Below, piece by piece: positions 27,639-35,203 of a stretch of 36,112 nt of DNA; position 1 is the first letter of the stretch, and the number at the start of each line of letters is the position of its first letter. The notes beneath the pieces were generated by a model, which was given only the letters and a program-made list of their open reading frames with translations, did not search any database and was not told the DNA's origin. Location: positions 1 through 36,112 of IMG/VR virus record IMGVR_UViG_3300048599_000769; one strand, 5' to 3'. This DNA comes from a virus (lineage: Duplodnaviria > Caudoviricetes). The position numbers and the translations under genes are program-made.

Positions 27639-27692
27639 TTGGCCTCTCGGCACATTCACATGTGCACAAACGATCAATTTTCGGAGCATTCC

Positions 27693-28121
27693 ATGCGCTA
27701 CCACAAGATCAGCGCCGACGGCGCTCGCCTCCCCATCGAAGCCACGGAGTTCGTCGCGATCGAAGACACGCAGACGGGCCTCATGTGGTCGCTCACCCTC
27801 GCTCGCGAACAGACTCAGGCCAAGGCCGCCAAGGTCGCGAAAGCGTGCAAGGTCGCCGGGCATGCCGACTGGTCGCTGCCGAGCATTCAGCAGCTCGAAA
27901 CCCTGCGCGACCTGTCGCGCCACGGACCGGCCACGCCCGAGATTTTCGCCGCGGACACCCGCAACGACTGGTACTGGTCGTCGTCGGCCTATGCGGGCGG
28001 CCCCGACGACTACGCGTGGATCGTCAACTTCAGCCTCGGCGGCGTGCTCTGGAACCTCCGGCACGTTCTCGCCTGCGTGCGTGCCGTGCGCTCGGTCGCG
28101 TCGCCCGTCGCCGGTCAGTAG
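27693..28121 (+). CDS. DGR target 2, DUF1566/Lcl domain protein (142 aa)
   Basis: Paralogue of target 1 (MRYHKISADGARLP vs MRYYKIGADGARLP), same length; GGAG RBS; ends in VR2. Confidence 0.9.
   Translation: MRYHKISADGARLPIEATEFVAIEDTQTGLMWSLTLAREQTQAKAAKVAKACKVAGHADWSLPSIQQLETLRDLSRHGPATPEIFAADTRNDWYWSSSAYAGGPDDYAWIVNFSLGGVLWNLRHVLACVRAVRSVASPVAGQ
27978..28121 (+). repeat. DGR variable repeat VR2
   Basis: 14 mismatches to TR, all at adenines. Confidence 0.95.
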
Positions 28122-28144
28122 TCGGCCTATCGGATCGCTCCCTC

Positions 28145-28489
28145 ATGAGCACGACTAAGCCCGTACTGGCGATCGTCCTGTCGCGCACCGTTGAAAAGAT
28201 CGCATCCGCGATCAACGAGGCCGACATCGCGTACCACGAGGTCTACGGACTCGGCGCTGTCGACGGGGTTTTCGAGTGCGGGCAGGCAACGCACGCGAAC
28301 TTGGTCGCAGCAGAGGGAGCGATCCGACGCGCCGCAGTAATGCGGCGCGTCGAACTCCATACGCCGCGATCGATCGATCGCGAGCAGTCCGTTCACGCGC
28401 CCCGCGACGAACCCCCTCCCTGCGGCCTTCCCCCTGGGCCGTTGCCTCACTCGTCGCGGGGCGCCCTTTCTTCGGAGCACCGCACATGA
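28145..28489 (+). CDS. hypothetical protein
   Basis: MSTTKPVLAI start; stop overlaps next ATG. Confidence 0.5.
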   Translation: MSTTKPVLAIVLSRTVEKIASAINEADIAYHEVYGLGAVDGVFECGQATHANLVAAEGAIRRAAVMRRVELHTPRSIDREQSVHAPRDEPPPCGLPPGPLPHSSRGALSSEHRT

Positions 28490-28761
28490 TCAAACGCATC
28501 TTGTCGGCCCCGGCTCACCGCTTCCTGCTGTGCGCAGGTTGCGGCCGGGCGCCGCGCCACGTCGCGAGCTATGGTCGCGCGGCAAGCGAGCCGACGATGG
28601 TCCCCGGTGAGAATACCGAACGCCATCGCCTCGAATGTCCGCCGTGCGCGCGAAGCACCGGGCGTCATCTGACCATCGACGCTGCCGAGCGCGAATGGGG
28701 CGAGAAGTGGGCGCAGTTGCCGCTCAGCTTGCCGGCGCTTTCGCGTAAGGAGGCGGCATGA
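28486..28761 (+). CDS. small zinc-finger protein (Lar-like CxxC..CxxC)
   Basis: CAGCGRAP..HRLECPPC..AEREW; GGAG RBS. Confidence 0.6.
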   Translation: MIKRILSAPAHRFLLCAGCGRAPRHVASYGRAASEPTMVPGENTERHRLECPPCARSTGRHLTIDAAEREWGEKWAQLPLSLPALSRKEAA

Positions 28762-29048
28762 GCGCGCCCATGATAGCCGCCGTTGCGCTGCTGCTCGTCG
28801 CTCTGACCGTGCTCGCCAAGTTCGCTGACTTCGGCGCGAGTGCGCGCCGGCAGCGCGACGCCGCACTTGACGCGCTCCGCGAGCTGGTCGCTGCACGCAC
28901 GGCGCGAGGCTTGGATGCCGGCTCCTCCGCCCGCGAGGCGCGTGCGTGGGCGCGAGCAATCGCCGTTGTACGGGCGCACGAGCAGACGTTTGCCGCTCGA
29001 CATGCGCACATCCCGCCACCGATGGAGCGCGAGCGTCGTGCTCGGTAG
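28758..29048 (+). CDS. hypothetical protein with N-terminal TM segment
   Basis: AGGAGG RBS, ATGA overlap. Confidence 0.55.
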   Translation: MSAPMIAAVALLLVALTVLAKFADFGASARRQRDAALDALRELVAARTARGLDAGSSAREARAWARAIAVVRAHEQTFAARHAHIPPPMERERRAR

Positions 29049-29328
29049 CCATTTCCCGCCCGTGATCGGCGAGCGCATCCGCGACGCGTTCCGATCCCTG
29101 CTCCCTCGGGCGCAGGAAACCGCGTCGCCCTCCATCGATCCCGCAGCGGTCTGCACCGCAATCGCCAAGTACGCCAAGGCGATCGGCTGCACCGATTCCA
29201 ACGCGAGAGCAGCGCAGTCGTACGGCCTGCGCTGGGGCGGCAACACGCTGACGTGCATTCGCGTCGGCAAGTTGCGCGCCGAGAAGCTGCGACACCAGCA
29301 ACCCGACACGCCGCTCGACGCGGCATAA
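29038..29328 (+). CDS. hypothetical protein
   Basis: Probable GTG start overlapping the previous gene; fills operon gap. Confidence 0.4.
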   Translation: MLGSHFPPVIGERIRDAFRSLLPRAQETASPSIDPAAVCTAIAKYAKAIGCTDSNARAAQSYGLRWGGNTLTCIRVGKLRAEKLRHQQPDTPLDAA

Positions 29329-29344
29329 CGCAGAGGTTTCCACT

Positions 29345-29707
29345 ATGGGAAAGACCGTCACGCAGGTCATCGCGGAACACCGCGGAGGCGTCATCGCCAA
29401 CGCGCTGGACGAGGCGATGTCGCAGCTCGTCGAGCGTGTTCAGGAGTCCGGCAAGAAAGGCAAGCTGAACATCACCTTGCAGCTTTCGCCGCACGGTCGG
29501 GCCAACAAGGAGCTGCACGTGCGCGTGTCGTTCACGTCGACGCTGCCGCCGCCGGCCGATCACGCCGACGAATCGATCTGGTTCGGCGTCCGCGGCGAGT
29601 TGCAGCGCGACGACCCGGATCAGCGCGAGTTGTTCGGCCCCCGCGAGGTCGACGGTGCCGACGGACGCTCTCCCGCAGAACACGCCGCCGCCATCGGCGC
29701 GCGGTAA
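29345..29707 (+). CDS. conserved phage hypothetical protein (usual upstream partner of DUF2303)
   Basis: GKKGKLNITL..GELQRDDPDQREL pattern; GAGG RBS. Confidence 0.7.
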   Translation: MGKTVTQVIAEHRGGVIANALDEAMSQLVERVQESGKKGKLNITLQLSPHGRANKELHVRVSFTSTLPPPADHADESIWFGVRGELQRDDPDQRELFGPREVDGADGRSPAEHAAAIGAR

Positions 29708-29752
29708 CGGCGCGGCGCCGTCGCGCCGCATTCTCCACAAGAGGACTTGTCA

Positions 29753-29944
29753 ATGAGAATTCCGTTTTCCTTTTCGTTGCAGCAGCGCGTCGTGATTCAC
29801 GACAGCAGCCGCAACGGCGTCGTGCGCAGCCTGTGCGCCGACGATTCCGGCGCCAAGACGGCTCGCGTCGAGTACGTCGACGAGCGCGGTCGCGTCGTCA
29901 TCGAATGGTTCGACGAGGCCGCCCTCGGCCCCGTCGGCAAGTGA
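29753..29944 (+). CDS. hypothetical protein
   Basis: GAGGA RBS; SH3-like beta pattern (VEYVDERGR..EWFDE). Confidence 0.55.
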   Translation: MRIPFSFSLQQRVVIHDSSRNGVVRSLCADDSGAKTARVEYVDERGRVVIEWFDEAALGPVGK

Positions 29945-29951
29945 GGACGCC

Positions 29952-30653
29952 ATGATCGACGCCATCAACAACGTGCTGGCCCATGCCGGCATCAAGATCA
30001 TCAGCGTGGAGGCCGGTCAGGCCGCCGTCGTGCCCGACGGCTACAAGCTGGCTGATCTCGAACAGTTCCTCGCGAAGCCGCGCCGCGTGCGCGAGAAGGT
30101 GAAGCTCTACAACGTCGCCGACTTCGTCGCCTACGTGATGCGCTTCAAGACGCCGCAGTCGACGATCTTCGTGACGCCCAACCTCGACGACGTCGGCGCC
30201 GCGAAACCGCTCGCCATCGCGGTGATCGACTACCACGGCGACGAGCCGACGTGGAACGACCACACCGCCTCGCTGATCCCGACCAAGAGCCCGGCCTACG
30301 AGGCGCTCGTCGCTCTCGATAAGGAAGGGCTGATGGCGCAGGACCAGTTCGCGCTGCGCCTGCGCGACCTCGCTCGTTTCTGCGCGTCTCATCCGGCTGC
30401 GGAAATCCTCGAAATCGTGAGCACAATGACGCTCACGAGCACGGGGGCGTTCGCGAGCCTCAGCGACGACGCGAGCGGGTCGATCCGCCTGCCGGCGGAC
30501 CTCCTGTACCGCGTCCCGAAGCAAGCCGGGCAGCCGGTGCAGCTCGGCATCCGGCTGCCCGAGCGTCGCTGGCTCGAACTGGAACTCGTTCGGCAGGTCG
30601 CCGACGACGTGCGCCAGCAGACGAGCCTCATGACGATTGTCGGAACGAGGTAG
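29952..30653 (+). CDS. DUF2303/YfdQ-family protein (possibly internally deleted)
   Basis: DLEQFLAKPRR, DFVAYV, AVIDYHG..PTWNDHTA, MAQDQFA. Confidence 0.75.
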   Translation: MIDAINNVLAHAGIKIISVEAGQAAVVPDGYKLADLEQFLAKPRRVREKVKLYNVADFVAYVMRFKTPQSTIFVTPNLDDVGAAKPLAIAVIDYHGDEPTWNDHTASLIPTKSPAYEALVALDKEGLMAQDQFALRLRDLARFCASHPAAEILEIVSTMTLTSTGAFASLSDDASGSIRLPADLLYRVPKQAGQPVQLGIRLPERRWLELELVRQVADDVRQQTSLMTIVGTR

Positions 30654-30662
30654 GAACACGCC

Positions 30663-30929
30663 ATGACGAGCACCAAGAGCGTTGTCGTCTTCGGCCCGCA
30701 GGGGTGCGGGAAGTCTCGGTACGCGGGGGCATTCCGCGAGCACTTCGGCTTGACCGAGGTCGTGGACGACTGGTCACCGGGCGATGACGCGCCGCGCACG
30801 GGCGCCCTCATCCTCACGAATGCCGACTTGACGCATCAGCGCGCGCGAAACGATTGGCGGCGCGTCTATTCCTTCAACGAAGCGCTGGCGCTGATTGGCG
30901 GCGCGCGCGACAGGAAGGTGCCCGCATGA
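30663..30929 (+). CDS. small P-loop protein (88 aa)
   Basis: VVVFGPQGCGKS Walker A; VVDDW; LILTN. Confidence 0.65.
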   Translation: MTSTKSVVVFGPQGCGKSRYAGAFREHFGLTEVVDDWSPGDDAPRTGALILTNADLTHQRARNDWRRVYSFNEALALIGGARDRKVPA

Positions 30930-31114
30930 CGGCCGTCCGCATTACGCACATCGGTCCCACCGCGAGCCAACCGCTCGCGGTGTCGGTCTACCGCCCGGAC
31001 ATGCCGGCCGGCGAGCCCGGAGCGCTCATGCGCGACGTGACCGTCAAGCCCGGAGAGTCCGTACAACTCGACGTCCCCGCGCTCGCGTGCGTGGTCGTCA
31101 GTCAACAGCCTTAG
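30926..31114 (+). CDS. hypothetical protein (62 aa)
   Basis: ATGA overlap; AAGGTG RBS. Confidence 0.5.
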   Translation: MTAVRITHIGPTASQPLAVSVYRPDMPAGEPGALMRDVTVKPGESVQLDVPALACVVVSQQP

Positions 31115-31129
31115 TGGAGAACGCGCACT

Positions 31130-31678
31130 ATGGAAAACATCACCATTCGCATCACCCCGGACGCGATCGTCGTCCATGCCGAGCGCGATAGCGCCCCGGC
31201 CGTCGCGCTCGAACCCGTTTCCGCCGTCCTCGAACTCGCCGATCCGCCGACCGGCTTCGTCAAGCTCGACGTCAGCGGCAATGAACTGCCGGACGACGCG
31301 GCGGACTGGCCGTTCGTGCTCGATCGCGCGCAGGGCCTTATCTGGTCCGCCGATGACACTCGCGATTCCTGCGACTGGGCAAACGCGGACGCCGCGTGCC
31401 GCGCTGCGGCCATCTGCGGTGCGCCCGGCCGCCTGCCGACTCGCGAAGAACTGCGCGGCATCGTCAACTACGACGAGGCCAATCCGGCGGCGTACACCCG
31501 GTATTTCCGCAACGTGAAGCCGCGGGCCTACTGGTCGTCGTCGGCCTTTGCGGGCTACCCCGACGACTGCGCGTGGCTCGTCGACTTCTACTACGGCGGC
31601 GTGTACTGGGGCAACCGGCACGATCACGCCTGCGTGCGTGCCGTGCGCTCGGTCGCGTCGCCCGTCGCCGGTCAGTAG
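31130..31678 (+). CDS. DGR target 3, DUF1566/Lcl domain protein (182 aa)
   Basis: DRAQGLIW, RLPTREEL, YWSSS, VRAVR; ends in VR3; adjacent to avd-TR-RT. Confidence 0.9.
   Translation: MENITIRITPDAIVVHAERDSAPAVALEPVSAVLELADPPTGFVKLDVSGNELPDDAADWPFVLDRAQGLIWSADDTRDSCDWANADAACRAAAICGAPGRLPTREELRGIVNYDEANPAAYTRYFRNVKPRAYWSSSAFAGYPDDCAWLVDFYYGGVYWGNRHDHACVRAVRSVASPVAGQ
31535..31678 (+). repeat. DGR variable repeat VR3
   Basis: 13 mismatches to TR, all at adenines. Confidence 0.95.
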
Positions 31679-31711
31679 TCGGCCTCTCGGGAAAGGACTG
31701 ATCGACCGCCC

Positions 31712-32121
31712 ATGACCAACCAGTCGCCGCCCATCGTCCGCCTCGCCGAGCGCTTGCTCGTCGACGTCGAGGAAGCCTCAACCCGGTTCGTTCGTCGCCA
31801 TAAGTATACTTTTGGCGACAAACTCCGAAGCGTGCGTGGCGCGAACGGAGCCGAACGGCGGCGCTGGTTGCCGAGCTGGCCGTGACCTTCGACCGCTTCA
31901 AGCTCCGGCTCTTGCTCGGCAAGCGCATTCACGCCTTCCGTTCGTTCGCGGAGTTCGAGAGCTTGGCTCGGCTTTCCGTCGATCTCGGCCGCCAGATTGG
32001 CGGCTGGTATCGCCAGTTGCACCCTACGCGACAGAACCCGGCGGCCCAATCCGGCCCGCCGGGGCGTTCGCAGATACTGAGTACCCGCGCCGCCTCGCAC
32101 TCTGCCGAGGCCACGTCATGA
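31712..32121 (+). pseudogene. avd: DGR accessory variability determinant (four-helix bundle), frameshifted near 31830
   Basis: Frame 1 MTNQSPPIVRLAERLL..RFVRRHKYTFGDKLR stops at 31885; the -1 frame continues RAWRER..LGRQIGGWYR to TGA 32119-32121. Confidence 0.8.
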
Positions 32122-33593
32122 CGACGCCGCACTACCACCTACACGGATGTTCGGCCGGGTCCAAAGAGCGCGGGGAAGCGTCGTCGTCGGCCTATGCGGG
32201 CAACCCCGACGACTACGCGTGGATCGTCAACTTCAACAACGGCAACGTGAACTGGAACAACCGGCACAATCACGCCTGCGTGCGTGCCGTGCGCTCGGTC
32301 GCGTCGCCCGTCGCCGGTGAGTATCAGGGTGCATACGAGCGCGACGGCACGGTCAGCCTGCGCTCGCTCTACGCGGCATGGTCGGACGCTCGTCGCGGCA
32401 AGCGACCGAGCGTCGACCAGTTGCGTTTTGAGACGCGCGCGATCGACGAACTCGCGGTGCTGCACGAACAACTCAACGCGGGCACGTGGCGGCCATCGAC
32501 AACCACGTGTTTCGTCGCCACTCGCCCCAAGGCGCGCGAGATTCATGCGCCATCGTTTCGGGATCGGGTCGCACATCACTGGCTGGTGCCACAACTCGAA
32601 CGCCTCTATGAGCGCATGTTCGTGCACGACAGCTATGCGAATAGGCCGGGTAAGGGCACGCACGCGGCCGTCCGCCGACTCGAATCGTTCGTGCGGCAGG
32701 TCCACAGCGGACAGGGTGGCGGTCACTTTCTGCAACTTGACATTCATAACTTTTTCAATTCGATACATCGCGGCACGCTCTACGCGCTATTGAAGCGGCG
32801 CATGGTCGCGCGCGCCCTGCCGCTGCCCGCGCAGCGCGCCACGCACGCGCTGCTTAGCAGGTCGCCGACGGACTACGGCGTCGTCACGCGCGCGACACCC
32901 AGCGAACGTGCGCTCGTGCCGCTGCACAAGCGGCTCGACCATGCCCCGAAAGGCTGCGGGCTTCCGATCGGTAATCTTTCCAGTCAGTTTTTTGCGAATG
33001 TATACCTTCACGAACTGGATGCGTTCGTTAAGCACGTGCTTAAGGCCCGCAGGTACGTTCGCTATGTCGACGACTTCGTACTCGTCCACGAGAGCCGCGA
33101 CCAGCTCGACCTCTGGCGCCGCGAGATCGAGAGATTCCTTGCAAGCCGGCTGCGCCTGTCGCTCAAGCCGGACATCAAGCTTCGGCCGCTGACGGCTGGC
33201 ATCGACTTTCTAGGCTACGTCGTGCGCCCGCGCGGCACTCTCGTGCGCGATCGGGTCGTGCGCCACGCCCGCGCTGCGCTGCGCTCGTGGCAACAGGCCC
33301 ACGTCGGCATCGCCGCGATTCGCGCCACACCGGCCGCATATCGTCGCGTTGCCTCGATATGGGGCAGCTATCGCGGCCATTTCCTGCACGCCCGTGCTCG
33401 GCGTTTGCAGGCCGACTTCCACCGCCGCTTCCCGTGGCTCGCCCAGGTCGCAGAGCGACGGCTGCGATTCGACTACCGCGCCGAAGGGCGCGTCATTCAG
33501 ATTCGGAGAGCTTCATGCTCAGAACCATCGAAACTGCCGCGCAACAGCTCGCGCACGAGTTCGTCGCCGCGTTCGAGGCTTTGCGCGACGTGA
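32118..33593 (+). CDS. DGR reverse transcriptase, with TR encoded in its N-terminus
   Basis: KAREIHAPSFRDRVAHH, GKGTH, LDIHNFF, GLPIGNLSSQFFANVYL (DGR-type SQ), YVRYVDDF, GIDFLGY; ATG overlaps avd TGA. Confidence 0.95.
   Translation: MTTPHYHLHGCSAGSKERGEASSSAYAGNPDDYAWIVNFNNGNVNWNNRHNHACVRAVRSVASPVAGEYQGAYERDGTVSLRSLYAAWSDARRGKRPSVDQLRFETRAIDELAVLHEQLNAGTWRPSTTTCFVATRPKAREIHAPSFRDRVAHHWLVPQLERLYERMFVHDSYANRPGKGTHAAVRRLESFVRQVHSGQGGGHFLQLDIHNFFNSIHRGTLYALLKRRMVARALPLPAQRATHALLSRSPTDYGVVTRATPSERALVPLHKRLDHAPKGCGLPIGNLSSQFFANVYLHELDAFVKHVLKARRYVRYVDDFVLVHESRDQLDLWRREIERFLASRLRLSLKPDIKLRPLTAGIDFLGYVVRPRGTLVRDRVVRHARAALRSWQQAHVGIAAIRATPAAYRRVASIWGSYRGHFLHARARRLQADFHRRFPWLAQVAERRLRFDYRAEGRVIQIRRASCSEPSKLPRNSSRTSSSPRSRLCAT
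32181..32318 (+). ncRNA. DGR template repeat (TR)
   Basis: AAC-rich master copy of VR1-3 with 25 adenines; diverges at 3' end (ggtGAGTAT vs ggtCAGTAG), consistent with IMH* vs IMH. Confidence 0.93.
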
Positions 33594-33670
33594 TCGGCGC
33601 GGCTGCTGCGCTGCTCGACGCGCGAGTTCAGGCGGCGCGCCGCAATTACCTGTGCGCGAGGCTGGCATGA
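33515..33670 (+). CDS. hypothetical protein (51 aa)
   Basis: GGAG RBS, ATG 33515; overlaps RT 3' end; stop overlaps next ATG. Confidence 0.45.
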   Translation: MLRTIETAAQQLAHEFVAAFEALRDVIGAAAALLDARVQAARRNYLCARLA

Positions 33671-33852
33671 CCCGCGATTGGAATCGCGAGCGCATCATCC
33701 TGCGCCGCCACGCCGAGGGCGAAACCCTCGTGTCGATCGCGAAAGACTTCGGCCTCACTCGCGAGCGCGTGCGGCAAATCGTCAAGCGAAACCAAACTGC
33801 CGCGCCGGGCGACAGCTCTCCGGCCGCAGGCACACCTGCGCCGAGGAAATGA
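33667..33852 (+). CDS. small HTH protein (sigma-70 region 4-like)
   Basis: GETLVSIAKDFGLTRERVRQI. Confidence 0.7.
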   Translation: MTRDWNRERIILRRHAEGETLVSIAKDFGLTRERVRQIVKRNQTAAPGDSSPAAGTPAPRK

Positions 33853-34064
33853 CTATGCGCGGCTCGATCCTCGAAACCGCCGACCTGCTCGCCATCACCG
33901 GGTACGCGCGCGCGGGTGATGCTGCGCGCTGCCTGCGTTCGCAAGGCATCCACGTGTTCGAGGGCAAGGACGGCCCGTGGACCACGGTCGAACTCATGAA
34001 CGCCGCGGGCGGCCTCCGAGCCACCGCGAGCAACGATGCGTACAACCCGGACGACATGGGATGA
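33849..34064 (+). CDS. putative excisionase (DUF4224-like)
   Basis: DLLAITGY..RCLRSQGI..GPWTT; stop overlaps integrase start. Confidence 0.65.
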   Translation: MTMRGSILETADLLAITGYARAGDAARCLRSQGIHVFEGKDGPWTTVELMNAAGGLRATASNDAYNPDDMG

Positions 34065-35203
34065 CCCGAGGCCGCAAGCGCCAGCACGACCCCACCATAC
34101 CGGCCCACATCGATCAGAATGCGCTGCCGCGCGGCGTCTACTGGGACCGAAGCGGCTCCGGCCACTGGTATGCATTTGAAACGGGGCCGGACGGAAAGCG
34201 CCTGCGCCGTAAGATTGCGAGCGCATCAGCTCGAGTATCTGAGCTACACGCACTGATAGAGGATCGGGCCGGCGTCGACCGCGAGAGCTTGGCGTGGCTG
34301 CTAGATCAGTACCACGGCAGCCAAAAGTTCAAAGCGCAATCACCGCGCACCCAGCGCGACCGAAAGGGCTACCGCAAAGTCGTACTGGCCTACCAGACGC
34401 GCATAGGGCCACTTGGCGGACTGGCACATCGACGCCTGACCACCGCAAGTATACAACGCATCATTGACAACATTGCAGAGTCACACCCGACGAAGGCGAA
34501 TCACATCCATCGCTATCTGCGTCTGGTGTTCAGTTGGGGCATTCGTCGGGGTCACTGCGCGGCAAACCCCGCAAGGGGCGTCGAGCAGGCAAAGGAGCGG
34601 CGGCAGCGAGCCGTGCCGACCGTCGAGACAATGGAGCGCGTCATCGCCTTTGCACGCGTCCGGGGCTGCCTCAAGGCGCACACCAAAGGTTCCGTCTCGC
34701 CCTACCTCTGGTTCGCCTGCGAATTGGCGTACCTTTGCCGGCTTCGCGGCGTAGAGCTGTTTTCGCTCACCGATGCGTGTGAAACGTCGACGGGACTTGC
34801 GGTCGAGCGCGCGAAGGGCTCGAGGGGGAACGTCGTCAGGTGGACGCCACGACTACGCGCCGCTTGGGATGCTGCGCTCGCCTATCGAGCTCGCGTTGTG
34901 CCGGCATCGGCGCCCGTTCCGATCGACCCCGAGAAGCGCGGCGTCCTCGTGACCGAGAGCGGCAGCCCGCTGGCGCAGTCCAGCTTCGAGAGCGCATGGC
35001 AACGGATGATTCTCGCGGCCATCAGCGCGGGCATCATCACGCCCGAGCAGCGGTTCGCGCCGCACGCGTTCAAGCACCGTGGGATCACAGACACGCCCGG
35101 CAATCGCGCCGACAAGCAGCAGGCGAGCGGGCACAAAAGCGCCTCGATGCTTGACATCTACGACCACGAGATACCGACCGTCGATCCAGCCGGCGAGTCC
35201 TAA
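34061..35203 (+). CDS. int: tyrosine integrase
   Basis: LCRLRGVE (catalytic R), RAKGS, HAFKHRG, SGH..IY; points toward tRNA 3' end. Confidence 0.9.
   Translation: MTRGRKRQHDPTIPAHIDQNALPRGVYWDRSGSGHWYAFETGPDGKRLRRKIASASARVSELHALIEDRAGVDRESLAWLLDQYHGSQKFKAQSPRTQRDRKGYRKVVLAYQTRIGPLGGLAHRRLTTASIQRIIDNIAESHPTKANHIHRYLRLVFSWGIRRGHCAANPARGVEQAKERRQRAVPTVETMERVIAFARVRGCLKAHTKGSVSPYLWFACELAYLCRLRGVELFSLTDACETSTGLAVERAKGSRGNVVRWTPRLRAAWDAALAYRARVVPASAPVPIDPEKRGVLVTESGSPLAQSSFESAWQRMILAAISAGIITPEQRFAPHAFKHRGITDTPGNRADKQQASGHKSASMLDIYDHEIPTVDPAGES

Larger units (their letters stand above)
27210..33593 (+). mobile_element. multi-target diversity-generating retroelement
   Basis: RT, avd, TR and three adenine-mutagenised VRs. 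Confidence 0.95.

Noticed and set aside
27138-28489. Long alternative ORFs 27138-28064 (-), 27302-28489 (+) upstream part, and similar shadows such as 30866-31627 (-)
   Set aside because: Off-frame or antisense shadows of the DUF1566 genes in GC-rich DNA; their internal repeats just mirror the VRs
31812-32117. 593-aa RT starting at TTG 31812
   Set aside because: This upstream stretch overlaps avd in another frame; ATG 32118 coupled to the avd stop is more plausible
27495-32318. Four ~140-bp repeats as a CRISPR array or simple duplications
   Set aside because: No repeat-spacer periodicity or cas genes; adenine-only mismatches and the adjacent RT identify TR/VR
32118-33593. RT as a group II intron, retron or Abi RT
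   Set aside because: GNLSSQ motif, avd neighbour and TR/VR pairs indicate the DGR class; no maturase/endonuclease extension recognised
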